A stretch of DNA of 64,000 nt from Paragordius varius (Eukaryota > Animalia > Nematomorpha). Shown in pieces: positions 13,001-26,553 of the stretch (positions within the stretch are counted from its first letter, which is position 1; every line of letters starts with the position of its first letter). Position numbers and translations under genes: made by a program. The notes beneath the pieces were generated by a model. That model was not told where the DNA came from, searched no databases, and was given only the letters and a program-made list of their open reading frames with translations. The DNA is taken from assembly GCA_964247055.1 (NCBI GenBank), contig OZ176052.1:6138001-6202000 (forward strand), read 5' to 3'.

Positions 13001-16000
13001 TTAAAATACAATAAAAATTTGTATCCAATCATATTAAAAAAGCTATTGATAAATTTATCGCTCAAATTGTTACTAATAAAATAATGATATAGCATATTAT
13101 TTTTCAAGTATATCTTTGGAATATTAATTCCTTTAGATCAAACGTACATTGGGATACGATTGGATGTAAAACTATCATCCTTAATATTAGCCATATAGAA
13201 TGTATATGTAATCATACCACAAGCTTTGCCATATTGACTGATCATAAGGGCGTTTTGCTAAATTTGGATCCAACAAATACAATCTTACTTGACTTGATCA
13301 CCAATGTGGGCCTGATAGTTTCAAGTGTTTGTCTCATTGCAACCATACTTATTTTCCTTAAAGTCAGGTATAAATAGTTGGTTAGGAAGGGAATAGTAAG
13401 GAGGTTGGAAGGAATATAAAAACAGTAAATAGATCTATTACATGCCATTTCAGTATATTAATTGATTATAAGGGTACTTATATTACATGGTTGCCTTGTG
13501 TGAAATTTTTTCTTTTTTATTGAAGATTGTGGAGGGAAAATACAGTTTTTAATTATATATGTTAATTAAATCGAAAATCTAATGCATGGAAACAGGGATG
13601 TATATAAAATACTAGGCATTTAATTACCGAAATGGCCTAAAATAGCTCTCGTTGCTGTATATGCCCCAGGCGCCATTAATTAATGGGCACTGAAATAAGA
13701 TTTTTCATAAGTTAATACAGCTTTTTGCATGACTTTGGCAAAACAACGAAAGAGCGCTGTCAAGGTAGGCACCGACGGCAAACGCATGTTACGCCACTAG
13801 TTGGCCATATTTTAACTACTTTTTAAGTCTATCATAATGATACTAATAATAAAAAAAAACAAAATTAATTTTTGTATTTTTAATTTTCGTGAAAATAATT
13901 GGCCACAGCACATTGTTTTATCAGAATACTGATGTGCTCAGTACGTATTACTTTCTATGATAGATTGGTAATTAATTTATTTTTTAACCATAGAGCATTA
14001 CATGGTGAAAGAACTACCATACATCTCAATGTATGTTTCAATCTTCTGACAAGCGAAATTTTATTTCTTGCCGGCATAAATTTTGTCCATATCCAGGCTT
14101 TGTGCTCTATCATAGCAATCTTATTACATTACTTTTTCCTTACGACTTTTATGTGGATTCTGATGGAAGGTGTTTACTTTTTCATACTGCTGAAAAATGT
14201 GTTTGACGATGATAAATCGTATAAAGTTTGGTATCACGTCTGTTCATACGGTAAGCATTTTTAATTATAAGATAACGTTGAAAAATAGTTTTTCAGATAG
14301 AAATGAAAAACATTTTTTATTTAAAAATGATTTTTATTTTATTACATTGTATTAAGCTGAAGGGGTGGTGATTGAATGGTTAAAACATCGAATATGAGTG
14401 CGTCATAGTTCGAATCCCAAAATTATACAATTTTATATCCTAACTGTCAGCCTTGCACAAGTTGGTGTAAAAACTCTAATGGGTCATTCGATTGAAGTGT
14501 TTACCCTTTTAACACTTGGATACAACACATTCATTTTAGTCCTTCGATTCAAATTGGGGTAGTTAAATACCCCAGGCCAGTTAATAATTAAATTCTTCAA
14601 AAAATATGGAATGAATCGAAACCATGGCAAAATCATGCACTTATATAACATCAATAAACCCAAATATATAAAAAAATTTATTCAAAAATACTTGATATTA
14701 CTTATTTTAAGCTAAAACCGAAAGGTAAAAATTTAGTCAATGTGACATGCGGGCAATGGTAAAATTCAAAAACAATACAAAATAAACAGCTTTTATATTT
14801 CTATCAATGTTAGATGTAATTTAAATCAAAAATTAGCTTTGATTTTACCCTTAAAATTAAATAAAGACGATATTTTGCAAAATTTTTGTAAAATAAAAAT
14901 GGCGGCCAAGTAGTTTGACATGGAGCTTTTTTTTCAAAACAAAATTTTATTTAGATATTTTGGCATATTTACATAATTTTTATTAGGATAGAAGCATAAA
15001 TTTAAATTGGGACCGTTTCCTTCAATAGTTTTTTAAAAATCCTAACTCAAATTTAGTCTGGGGTATTTAGATACCCCAATTTGAATCGAAGTGTTAAATA
15101 AGAAAAATACCATAAAATAATTTATTATATTATTGTAACCTAGTCATGTGATTGACCATATTGGTTCATAATATTATAGAACTTTTTCGAATCCCACATT
15201 TTTTTGACACAATATCAACAAAAGAACAATTTTTAAATCAAAAATCTGTGTAATTAAAATCTTTTGTAATATCTATTGTTTTTATAATTTGCAAAGGAAT
15301 TTAGGACATTTCAAAGATGGGGTACATTATCATAAAATGCGCCTCGACAAATATTAAAGTAAAAATATTTGATTTAAAAATCTAACATATATAAAAAAAT
15401 TATCGCACTACCTCAGCTATTCTGTATTTTTCAAGACCTAGGCCCATTTTAAAGCTCATATCAAACTTATAACATTTTCATAGTTATTGTAAGTATCAGA
15501 AATGCGTTTTTTAGCTTGTGGTATTAATATTAAACCATTATTTTGGGTAAACAATGAAAGATAAGATCGTATGACACATAAGTCTCAAAATTAAAAGCAT
15601 TATTAATATATTAAAAACATTTTGTTATATCAGAGTAATATATTTCATTAGGATATATTTTGTGTGTAATTCAAAAAGCTGGAATGTAAAGTTTTCTGAT
15701 CATTCTAATAAATGAATAAATTAAAATTTGGCCTGTAAACATGAAATTTGGTCTAACTTAACATTTAAAATTAGTCTGTCATTTATTTATTGTTAATATT
15801 ACAAAGTAATTATTATGAGAAATTGTTTTTAAAGATATATCTGGAAAATCGATTACAATTTACGCCTAAAAAACAATTTATTTGTTCTAATAATCTAAAT
15901 TTGTTTTTTATTAATATTTACGGATGAAGAAAAAGATACCTATGAAATTAATTATCTTGGACACCAAAATTGAAATCGAATTTATTAGACTATTATAAAT

Positions 16001-17787
16001 TTTGTTGATATATAGTCTGTTCTAAAATAAATTGGTGGCAGAATTTACCTTCCCCGTTAAAAGCAGTTGTTGTGTTTATAATATAAAGTTAAAAATACAT
16101 CTTTTCTACAAATATATTTTCAAATAAATCAATCAATGAATTTTAGCTGTTCCGGCAATCATTGTTGGAGTTAGTTATGGTATATGGCCCAACGGGTATG
16201 GTACAGAACACAGTTGTTGGCTAAGCACCGAAAGGGGATTTATCTGGTCTTTCATGGGTCCCCTTTTATTTATAATCTTTATAAATGTTTGCATACTAGT
16301 CTATTCCTTACTCAGAGTCATGCACATTAAAGCACCTTCGAACAATAAAACAGGACGGTTTTGGTATATATTTATATTTAATAACTTGAGAAAAAAGGAA
16401 TAAATGTTTTTATTTGATAAATATATCCATGAAAATAATTTTTAAGCCAGATTTTATTTGTATGCTCTTCTTAGGAAATGGCTAAAGGGTTCGACAATTT
16501 TGCTATCAGTAATGGGTATAACATGGCTTTTTGGATTCATGTACATGAATAAACAAACTTTAGTATTTGCCTACATATTTTGTACCCTGAATGCTTTTCA
16601 AGTTAGCTTTTCTTTTTTAAAAAAACATGCGTTGAATTACAGTATGAATAAGTATATATTGCTAGAAAGTTATCAAATATTGCATAATAATAGCATATGC
16701 AGCAAAGTGAATTATTATTGGCTAAAATAATAAAAAATGTAATAACAACTATTAGCCAATAATTTATCCCTTTGTTGTTTATGCTATTTGGCTATAGTTA
16801 TTAACTTTCTAGCAATGTATACTTACTCATACTGTAGTAAAATATTGTGAGTTTTTTTAAAAAATTTAACCAGCAAATTTTTAGGAAATGTGTTATTAAT
16901 AATAGTATACAATTTAATTTATGGATTTGAAATTTGGCCAATTTGTTTGATTGTTAATAATAAAAAATTTATTTGAACTTAGAAAGGCGATTTTTCGTAA
17001 CTACCACATTATACTTTTATGGGTGAATGTTTTTACAAATGGCCCGACCAGTTATTTTTGATCAGTTAAAAATTTAATCTATTTCCAACATTTCTTCAAT
17101 AACGCATTTTGCGATTTTTGAACTTTGAAAAATATTAATAATATATGCCAAAATTTTAAATAAAATTGTATAATAAAAATATTTTTATCTTTTTTTGGCT
17201 CCATTAAATTTTTATCACATTAGTTAACCCGTATCGCGTCAATTTTAGAATTTATTTTTTGTTTGATAATGTTAGGGTTTATTCATATTCCTGTTCCACG
17301 TATGGATGAATGATAGAACTAAAATAGCTTTACTCAGGCATTTAAAACGCATGGGATTGCTGAATAAGTATATCGGCCCCATTTTAGCCACCACAAGTAC
17401 AACCGGGGCCGGTGGAGGGGAATCTATGGCTAAATCCAATGTAATTTTATTTTTTAATACGGAGCAATAAATATATTTTACGTTTATTTTTTTATTAACA
17501 AATCTCATATGAATCTTGATTGATGATATTGTGTTGAGATGTTAAATGCAGTTTTGTATTGTGGTGATTAAAATTTTTTCAATGAAGTAATTTTAACGAG
17601 CACCTATAATGATTTTTATGATTTTAATCATTTATTTTATTAATGTAACAAATTATAGTCAACGAAAGGTCCATATTTTCTTTCCAATTTCAGTATTAAA
17701 GGTTTTAAACCTTTAACGAATTCCGAAGTTGCCGAAGACGCAGATTTACCTGGAAAATTTAAACCATTATTAAATCGTGAATTTTAA
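4060..17787 (+). CDS. Latrophilin/Cirl-like adhesion GPCR (EGF split by C-type lectin; RBL/SUEL-like; second C-type lectin; HRM; GAIN/GPS; 7TM), 5'-partial, at least 1268 aa
   Basis: Exons: 4060-4125, 4283-4516, 4957-5066, 5965(or 5974)-6130, 6174-6251, 6506-6689, 6857-7402, 7601-7755, 8709-8891, 9283-9389, 10779-11022, 11192-11323, 11426-11687, 12315-12527, 13137-13367, 13994-14250, 16147-16363, 16475-16601, 17276-17440, 17659-17787 (TAA). All junctions are GT-AG and phase-consistent. Motifs: CKNGGSC and CECPPRFSGRKC (EGF); NWFDAQREC, FWIGL, YKWIDG, WIC (CTL); CAFWN...WDTIGC...CICNHTTSFAIL (GPS); ERTTIHLNVC, LHYFFLTTFMWILMEG, YGTEHSCWL...FIWSFMGP, MGITWLFG, NAFQGLFIFLFH (family-B/latrophilin 7TM). 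The start and signal-peptide exon was not found, and the last exon is less certain. Confidence 0.9.
9179..9266 (+). repeat. Direct tandem duplication, about 44-bp unit x2
   Basis: gatttttatagtaaaaaaccataattaatcgatttcaaacttc is repeated back to back. Confidence 0.85.
9870..10140 (-). mobile_element. tRNA-derived SINE relic
   Basis: The minus strand has a B-box-like GTTTGATTCCC, then ctaactctgttagccttgggcaaaggagtgtaaaa, then an A-rich tail. The same internal segment appears at 14440-14480. Confidence 0.5.
14362..14505 (+). mobile_element. tRNA-derived SINE relic (same family as 9870-10140)
   Basis: A-box-like GGTGGTGATTGAATGG, B-box GTTCGAATCCC, then ctaactgtcagccttgcacaagttggtgtaaaaa. Confidence 0.45.
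14509..15097 (+). mobile_element. MITE family A copy 1 (TTAA-flanked, piggyBac-like)
   Basis: ttaa|CACTTGGATAC...GAATCGAAGTG|ttaa, with internal inverted repeat CTTCGATTCAAATTGGGGTA. About 585 bp, in intron 16 of the adhesion GPCR model. Confidence 0.8.
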
Positions 17788-18273
17788 ATATATATATATG
17801 TGTGTAATAGGTATATAATGCTTTTATTATTAATATACCTAAGTGCAATGTTATCCCATTGTGAAGGAATTCAAAGGGAATCATTTAATTTGGATATATC
17901 AATGATTTATTATTCTATTACATTTATAATTTCTAGTCATTGTAACATAAAATCATTATATAATTATTGTTTGCCAAAAATTGTGAAATATTGGAGCCTG
18001 TATCTTATTATAAAAATAATGTTACAGTAAACAGCGGCCATATTTCATTGGTTATCAGGATCTTTTTTAATTGAAGAATAGAGAAAATATATGTAAGTTG
18101 TAAAGGTATTTTATTGTTTTTCATACGATAAAGCTTAAAAAATCCAATTGGCTTACAATATTAACCAATTAAAATACCTTTCTAACCAATAATACAGCTG
18201 TTTACTGTATGACAATTATTAAATAATTAAATAAATATGTATATATTATAATCATATTTTATAGTTGTCTCTT

Positions 18274-21200
18274 CTATGTACTTTCTTCTATCACATTCGA
18301 TAAAATGGTGTGAGGTATCATAGCACCCTTACTTGGAGCATTTGAAATGGAAGGCATCACGATAATATTATAATTATTATTCTTATTATTATTATCTCGA
18401 TGATTAGAGAATTTAAAAAAGTTTTTGACGAAATTAAAATTGCATGTTGTACCACCAATAACATTTTTATCGTTTATCACAGGCTGTTGCTTTACCAGTG
18501 TTAATTCATTCATGTTTGACAGCGAGTGTTGATGATTATTAGGATTATTAAATGGATATTGATAATTATAATTATTGTTGTGATGATAAAGGGACGAAGT
18601 GGTTGTTTTTGTTGTCCCAACACCAAAAAACGATTTGCCATTCTTGCAATGAAAGACTTTGTCACGGAAATCACAAAGAGACATTAGGAAGGAGACTAAT
18701 CTACATAATTGGTACAGGCAATCGAGCAACGTGTATTTCAACGCTCTCCGATACTTGAGAGATATAACATTGTAAATGATGGGATTTATCGTAGCTGACA
18801 CATAAAACAGTATGCCAGAAATGTAAAACAGGACCTTGAATTCTTTAAGCCGCTGTTCATTCCAGTATCTCACGTAACTAAAGTGCAATCTTTGAGCTTG
18901 GTTTGGAGCGTAGCAAATGAAAAAGCAAATTACGACAGCAACTAGATTTGAACATACAAATATTATATATATCACGGATATAATGTTTTAGATTCCTCCG
19001 AATCTAATTTTTCTTTAACCAGTTCCGGTTCCACTTGCTTTTTCAGTTTCCTCTGTTTTTTGGTCAAATGGTTCAAAAATCGGGTGCATTTAAGTAAAAT
19101 TTTATTGTGGGCTATTTTTATTCTGAAAATCGGTTGTTATACTTAAAATAAAAGAAAACTTTCATAAATAAATGAATTTAATATGGTATAAAAATTAAAA
19201 AACTAAAAATTTATATTTCTTTTTGGTAAAATGGTTCCAACCGATTCCGGTTGCCAATCCCTGATAAGTTATACAAAATTGATTAAATTACACTAGACAA
19301 CAAATTTTAACTTTTTTTAACTGCCATTCTTGTAAATTTAAAATTTATTTCATTTAAGTACATAATTAGTATATCTGAAAAGAAAATTGGTCTAGCATAG
19401 AAAAATCTTTTTTTATTAGAGTTTATCGATAATTTTTGGCCCCGATTTAACATTAAGCTAGAAATTTCGAAAATTAAAAGTTTTAGATATGAAGCCAAGT
19501 ATTTTATATCATTCGAAAGAGCGCAAAAAACTGCATCTTTTAAATGGTAGTAAGTCATTTAAATCAATCGGAGGTAAAAGTTATTTGGATTTAAATGGTC
19601 GAAATTTTCAATCCTTAAATAAGTCAAGAATTTTCACAGACACACTAATTTGAAAATCATATAAATTATTTTAATATAATTATTAGGGTTATATTAATAT
19701 TTAATTTAAAAAAAATGTTTAAAAAAGCTTTTGGCTTGCTTTTTTAATAAAAATTATTATTATCATAAATATTTTACCTAGTGGATACTAAAATGCATAG
19801 TTATAACTGTAAAATTATTCCATAATGGCTATAAAAGATCAAAAATACCTTAAACTTTATTTTTATCTTTAAAATTTCGAAATTATCAGCATTATAAAGA
19901 AAATAAATTAATATTGATGAGATGGTAGTTTTTAAAAAACAAAAAACTTAAAAATGGCTGTTTTGAGTGACATAAAAGCAATAAAAAAATGTTTTAATCA
20001 AAAAAACTTTCTTGTGTTATCTTTTTTGGACATTCATCACCATCTAAACAAAGTTTGAGCTATTTTCATCCATTAGTTTTAAAAATATAATAATTAAAAA
20101 AAATGCTCTCGCTTCGCGCGTTTGTCGCTCTTTGTGTCCAATATTAACTGTCGATGTAATACATATTGGTATGCATTTTATAGAGTTTTCATTACTCTTT
20201 CGAATGATATATTACAAATGGGCATTACTTGTATATTTTGAAATAAAAATATTTTTTAGTAAAATTTTGATAAAGAGGGCGCATAATCAAAAAAATCAAA
20301 TTATACAAAATTTTTTCAACGAGTTATAATTTTTATTTCAGATTTTCTGTTAATATGATACTAAATATCAGAAAGTTCAAAAAACTCGAATGGCAGAAAA
20401 ATTTGTTGTCCAGTGTTATTTTGTTTGATTAATTGATTTTATAATTGTTTGCAATGATATCCTTAATACTTCTATTTTGTCAAAAGAACGTTTTAAGGAA
20501 AAGTTTCAAAAGAGTACCGCCAAAATTTATATTTAAGTTAATTTTATTTGAGATATATTATAATTTTAGAGTTAACATTTTCCCCTTTTATGGTCAATGG
20601 CAATAAAATGTATGTTTTGAAGTCTTTTTAGATGCTGCATAACACTAGAAAAAACAAATTTTAATTTTTTAAGTGCCATTCTTGCAAATTTAACATCAAT
20701 AGTATAGTATATCTGAAAAAAATTGGTCTAACTCCCAATAATTTTTTTATTAGGGTTTATCGACAATTTTTGGCCCCGATTTAGCATTAAACAAATTTTC
20801 ATAATTAATAGTTTTAGATATAGAGCCATGTATCTTATATCATTCGAAAGAGCGCGAAAAACTGTATCTTTCGAGTGGTAGTTAGTCATTTAAATCAATC
20901 TGTGAAAGATATTTGGGTATATATGGTCAAATTTTCAACCCTTAAATAAGTCACAAATTTTCACAGACAAACTAATTTAAATATGATATAAATTAATTTA
21001 ATTTAATTATTAGGGTTAAATTAGTAGAAAACTTATAAAAAACTGTAAAAAAGCTTTTCTTTTGATTTTTTAATAAAAATTATTATTATCATAATTATTT
21101 TACCCAGTGGATACTAAAATGAATAGTTATACTGTAAATTTAAATAATCGTCAAAGAGATTAAGTTAATTTTAACTTTTTTAGTCATTGAAATTTTGAAA

Positions 21201-24200
21201 TTATAATCAATAAATCAATATTAATGAAATTAATTTTTTACAAAAACAAAAAACTTAATGTTTGTTTTAAATGACATAAAAGCAATAAATAAATATTATA
21301 ATCAATCTGTTATCTTTTTTGGTCATTCATTGCCATCTACACAAAGTTTGAACTATTTTCATCCATTTTAAAATATATCAATTATGAAAAACGATCTCGC
21401 TTAGCGCGTTTGTCGCTTCCTATGACCATCAAGCATTTTATAGAGTTTTCATTACTCTTTTCGAATGATATATTACAATCGGGCATTTGTTGTATATTTA
21501 AAAAAAAACATTAAAATTTTGATAAAGAGGGCGGACGCATAATAAAAAAAACAAATTATAAAAAAATCTTAGGTGGAATTATACTTTTTACTTCAGATTT
21601 ACTGTTATGGTAGTAAATATCAGAAAATGCAAAAAGCTCGAGTGGCAGAAAAATTTGTTGTCTAGTGCAATTAAATGGTTAACACATTACCTTTTGGAGT
21701 ATTTGTATATCCCATAGCTATTTAAAATTTAAACATCTTAAGAATTATAAAAGCATTGGACGAAATAAAAAATATGCTTTTTTAGTTTTTTATGCGCATG
21801 TTGCAAAAATTTTATTTTTGAAAACTAAATTTTGTAAAAAAAATCCTCATCTCACAGTTTTCGTCGCCATTTTGTTTTCTTTGGATATTTTTATATTAAC
21901 ACTTCGATTCAAATTGGGGTATCTAAATACCCCAGACAATATTAAAGTTTATATTTTTATAAAACTACTGAAAGAAACAGTCCTAATTTGAATTTATGCT
22001 TCTATCCTGAAAATTATATATTAAGTCAAAATATCTAAATAAAATTTAGGAAAAAAGTTCCGTATCAAACTACTTAGACGCCATTTTTATTTTCAACATT
22101 TTTGCAAAATATCCTATTTATTTGATTCTAAGGATAAATTTAAGTTTACTTTTTTATTAAAATCACATAAACATAATTATAAACAGAAAAAGTGATATAT
22201 TTTGCAATGTGTTCATATTTAACTTATGAACACATATCATAATGGCTAAATTTTAAGCTTTGAGTTTTACCTCTGAATAAGTAATATCAAGTAATTTTGC
22301 ATGAATTTTTTATTATATTTTGGTTGATTAGTGATATATAAGCCCAAACTTTTGCCATGGTCTCAATTTATTCAATATATTTTAAAATATTTAATTTTGA
22401 ACACAAGCCTGGGGTATCTAACTACCCCATTTTGAATCGAAGGATTGAAATTAATGTGTTGTATCCAAGTGGTAATACAACAGAAATATATATTATGTTA
22501 AAAATATTAATCAACTTCAGATAGCTTTTATTATATTTCAGCAATTTTTTTATATTTATTAATTTTAAAATCAGCTGTTTCTTTCAATCATGTTTTGGAG
22601 CTATCCGAATTCGGGACTTCAAAAGTTACAAAACATGTAAAAAATATAAGATTTTTATCTAATACAGGAGAACAGTTTACTTAAATTATAACCAAAACTT
22701 TTACCACAATAGTTTATTTACATGTTTAATGCCCTGTATTCCAAAATTTAACCATCTATAAAAAATGAAAAGATAATGAAGTGTTAAATAACGGTATGAC
22801 AATTATCACAAACCATATTTCGAAGATAAAAAATATAAGAAGTCAAAAGTTAAACTATAATAAAATATTACTACACTGTCTATTTAATTAAGCAACAACC
22901 AAAATTTTAGGAAAATTTAAAAAAAAATTGAGGAAAGTTTTGACAGTTAGTATCAAGGGAATTATTTTTGAGAACAAAATTTAAGAACTAATTTTAATTA
23001 TATATCAAAAAAAGTATGGCGTAGACACATAATTAATCAAAACTTTTTATGGGAATGAATTATGCAAGAGTATTTAAAATACCATTAAAAACTAATTTTG
23101 TTGATGAATTACTTTTAATTGTTATTACTGCTATGCAAATTTGATTCCAACTATTTTATTCTAAAAGTTGTGACGTGGTCTATAGAAAATTTGCATAAAC
23201 GTCATAAAAAAGGTGTCATACATAAAAATAATTATAATAGTTCATTAAAAAAATATAATTTCCATCCCAGAAACTACTTGCCGATTCTGGATGCTCGTTT
23301 CTCAAACCGAACCAAATTTTGTTTTTTATACAAATGTAAATGCCGAAAGCTCTGTTTTAGGCCATGTGAACGTATTGGTAATATATAACGATAATTTGGA
23401 TAATTTTATGATATACTATACGCAGTTTATTAAATTTTTGAATTTGTTTACATTCCTGAAGGCCATATTTTCCGAATGAATGATTGGCTTTTAGAATCCG
23501 AAAGTATTTTTGGCCAAACTCCATATGAGAGAAATGCCGAAAAGATGCAATAAAGAGCTTATTATCAGTGTTTTCACTTAACTTTGAAACAAACCGCTTA
23601 AAATCTTTATATAATTTTAATGATAAGAGGTGGGCACTAAAGGCAACCACCCAATAAAGTATTTAAAATTTTATATTTTTATAAAAAAATACCGAAATTA
23701 TGGCAAAAGCTTTGGTAAAATAATTTTAGGATAATATATAAAACATTTGTATACAATTTATTTTATAAAACATGGTCTATAATTAATAAGCTTAAAGTTT
23801 TAGCCAAATCTTATAAGTCTATTAATTTTAAAAGTAAACATTAAAGTTTTAAATACCATACTCTTTTTGTTTAACGTGAGGTACTGTGCAGTAAAAAAAC
23901 CAGTGAAATTTTATGATACATTGAACAAAATTTGTTGAATACCAAAGCATTATAATATATAAATATTGACCAAAGATAAAATTTAAACTTGGTGAAATCT
24001 ATAAAAGCATAATTTCTTAAAAAATCAAAAAATATCGGAGCTAGGTTGGGTAATCTATTCTATATTATTTTTTAAAAGTTAGAGACAAGATATTAATCAG
24101 CTGTATGGCCTATTACTATTTGGCCTTTTTTTCGCTTATATGGCATGTGACTTTCAATTTTTTGTCTAAACTCCGATTATTACATAATTTAATTCTTTCA

Positions 24201-26515
24201 ATACGTACAATCCAATATTTTACACACTATCATATATTTAAAATTAAAATGTGCTACATTGTGAATCATTTTAAACCGCAACTGACGCAAAAAATGATCT
24301 GTTGATGATTGAATCGAAAAAATTTGATATGGCAATTTCATGCCTTTAAACCATACAAAAGTAAGAATATATGATTTCACGAAGATCATGTTGATGTTTA
24401 ATATGTATTCATGGTACACGGCACCATTTGAAAATGATAGAAATGTATATGTTTAAGGAACTTCTAAACAGAAATAAATCTGTAATCTTGTAACAAAATA
24501 TATACAATAGTTATAATACATATCTTTGTGTTATCTTAATCGAGGATATGTAACCGCCCATCTTCATTATAATTAAAACAAGTGTTATTTTTCAAAAGCA
24601 TTGTAAATATTCACGATTATCAAATTTAAAATAAATTAATCGTCAACGCCTTAACCTTTTGTTACATATACACATAAAAATTTCATATATAAAATGTAAT
24701 TATAGTAAAAGACACATACTTAGCATTTTTAATATTGTTTTTCGATTGTAAGCCTTTGCTTTGTACATGGTCCCATGAGATTTATAGTGCTTGGATATGG
24801 TGGAATAACTATCTTTGAAATTTTTAATGAAAGTTTTTACGGACGGTGACATTGTGGTCGTGGCATTACTAGCCCGGTCATAATCATTCATATCATAGTC
24901 TTTGAAAGCGTCTCCATCTTCGCTTACATTACTTTTGATTCTATTATTCGATCCAAAAGTAAATTTTCTGGCATTCGCATTTCGGTTATATAGAAATTTT
25001 TTATCATTGTAGATTGAGGGTGATTGCATTTTTTTATTATGGATCTTGACGTTTTGGTAGGGGAAAACAGAGTCAAAACTTTGATCAAATGTGGATGTAT
25101 TAAAAGAATAATTTTTGTTAAGGGCCATTTCTCTTAGCGTAGCTAACAAAGGGCGTGCATGAGTTCTGTTAGGTTTTTGGTGCTTATCCATGGAATTTAG
25201 ATTCGGTGAATTATTTGACGAGCTATTATTCCCGAAAGGTAAGGAATACGGATTGGAATTTGAGCTCATACCTAACGTATCATTCTTTATCATGACGCTT
25301 TTCCCAATTGATTGAGTAACTGGCGTTTTTGCAACATTTTTTGTGGATTGAACACCATTTATATCTTTACTATTATTATCATAGCTGGCAAGATTATTAT
25401 TAATGGTGTCATCTATATTATATTTTAACAAACACAATTGTGAAGGAGTTTCACTCTTCTCATTGATTACAGCATCTGGTTTGCGGAACAATTTAAAAAC
25501 ATTCTTATGCGTAGGTGTATATTGTACCACCTTTTGACTACTGTCAACTACGTTTTCTTGATTAACATCATCCATATTGGTCGATGAGATGGGGATTGGT
25601 TTAGATTTTGACAAACTTCTTGGCATTGTAGTTTCACTCTTTTGTTTAACAATTATAATTTTCTTTTTGTTCTTATTATTGGTACTGCTGTTAAATGGCA
25701 TTGATTGGCTTCGATTTCCGTATGAATCACGTGCTGCACTTGTACTATTTTCTTGTATTTGAATTTCTGGTATAGTTTTAGAGTGTGAAATTATTTTGCT
25801 AAAAAACGGTGCAACTACATAATTGGAAAACATATTTTTATTTTTTACAACGGTCTGAGAAGTTGTTTTAGTACATTGGGAATTGGAAGGTAGCTTTGAA
25901 ATCAGCCTCCACGAAGAGTTTTTCCCACCAAACCACGTACTACTATTTTCATAATGTTGGCTTATACGTTTATGTTGACTGAATGTCCTTACCCTACACC
26001 CGATCATAGTGTACAGGATTGCGATGAGTATTAGCGGGATCAGGAAAAGCACTATGAAAACAAACGTGAACGCGTACTTTATAATTATTTTATTTCGTTT
26101 TATGGTACATTGGGCTGAAGCTTTGATAGGTATCCCGTCATCATTAACATGATAAAGGACTCCCATTTGTGTCCCGATAGGCAGGGCACACATAATGGCT
26201 AAAAACCATATTAACAAAATTATTTTGAGTGCACGTGACAAGCGTGCCAAACGAAGCCGTTTCATAGGATAGTATATGGCTAAGAATCTATAACCATAAT
26301 AATAATAAAAATAATGAAATTATTTAATTTATTTAAGCTGCAATAAAAAACTTTATTATAATATATATGTATGATGGTAATGGCCTCATTAAGACACTGG
26401 ATGTGGAAAAAACGTTAAATTTGACAAAATCCCTATGCCATTATGCTGCTGGTAGTAGATAGTTTTTTTACTTGGAAAAAGTGCTTACGCCACGTTAAAA
26501 ACTTATATGGCACAA

Positions 26516-26553
<38 letters not shown>

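Noticed and set aside
14362-14425. tRNA gene
   Set aside because: A- and B-box-like words are present but I cannot fold an acceptor stem or anticodon arm; the downstream sequence matches another SINE relic.
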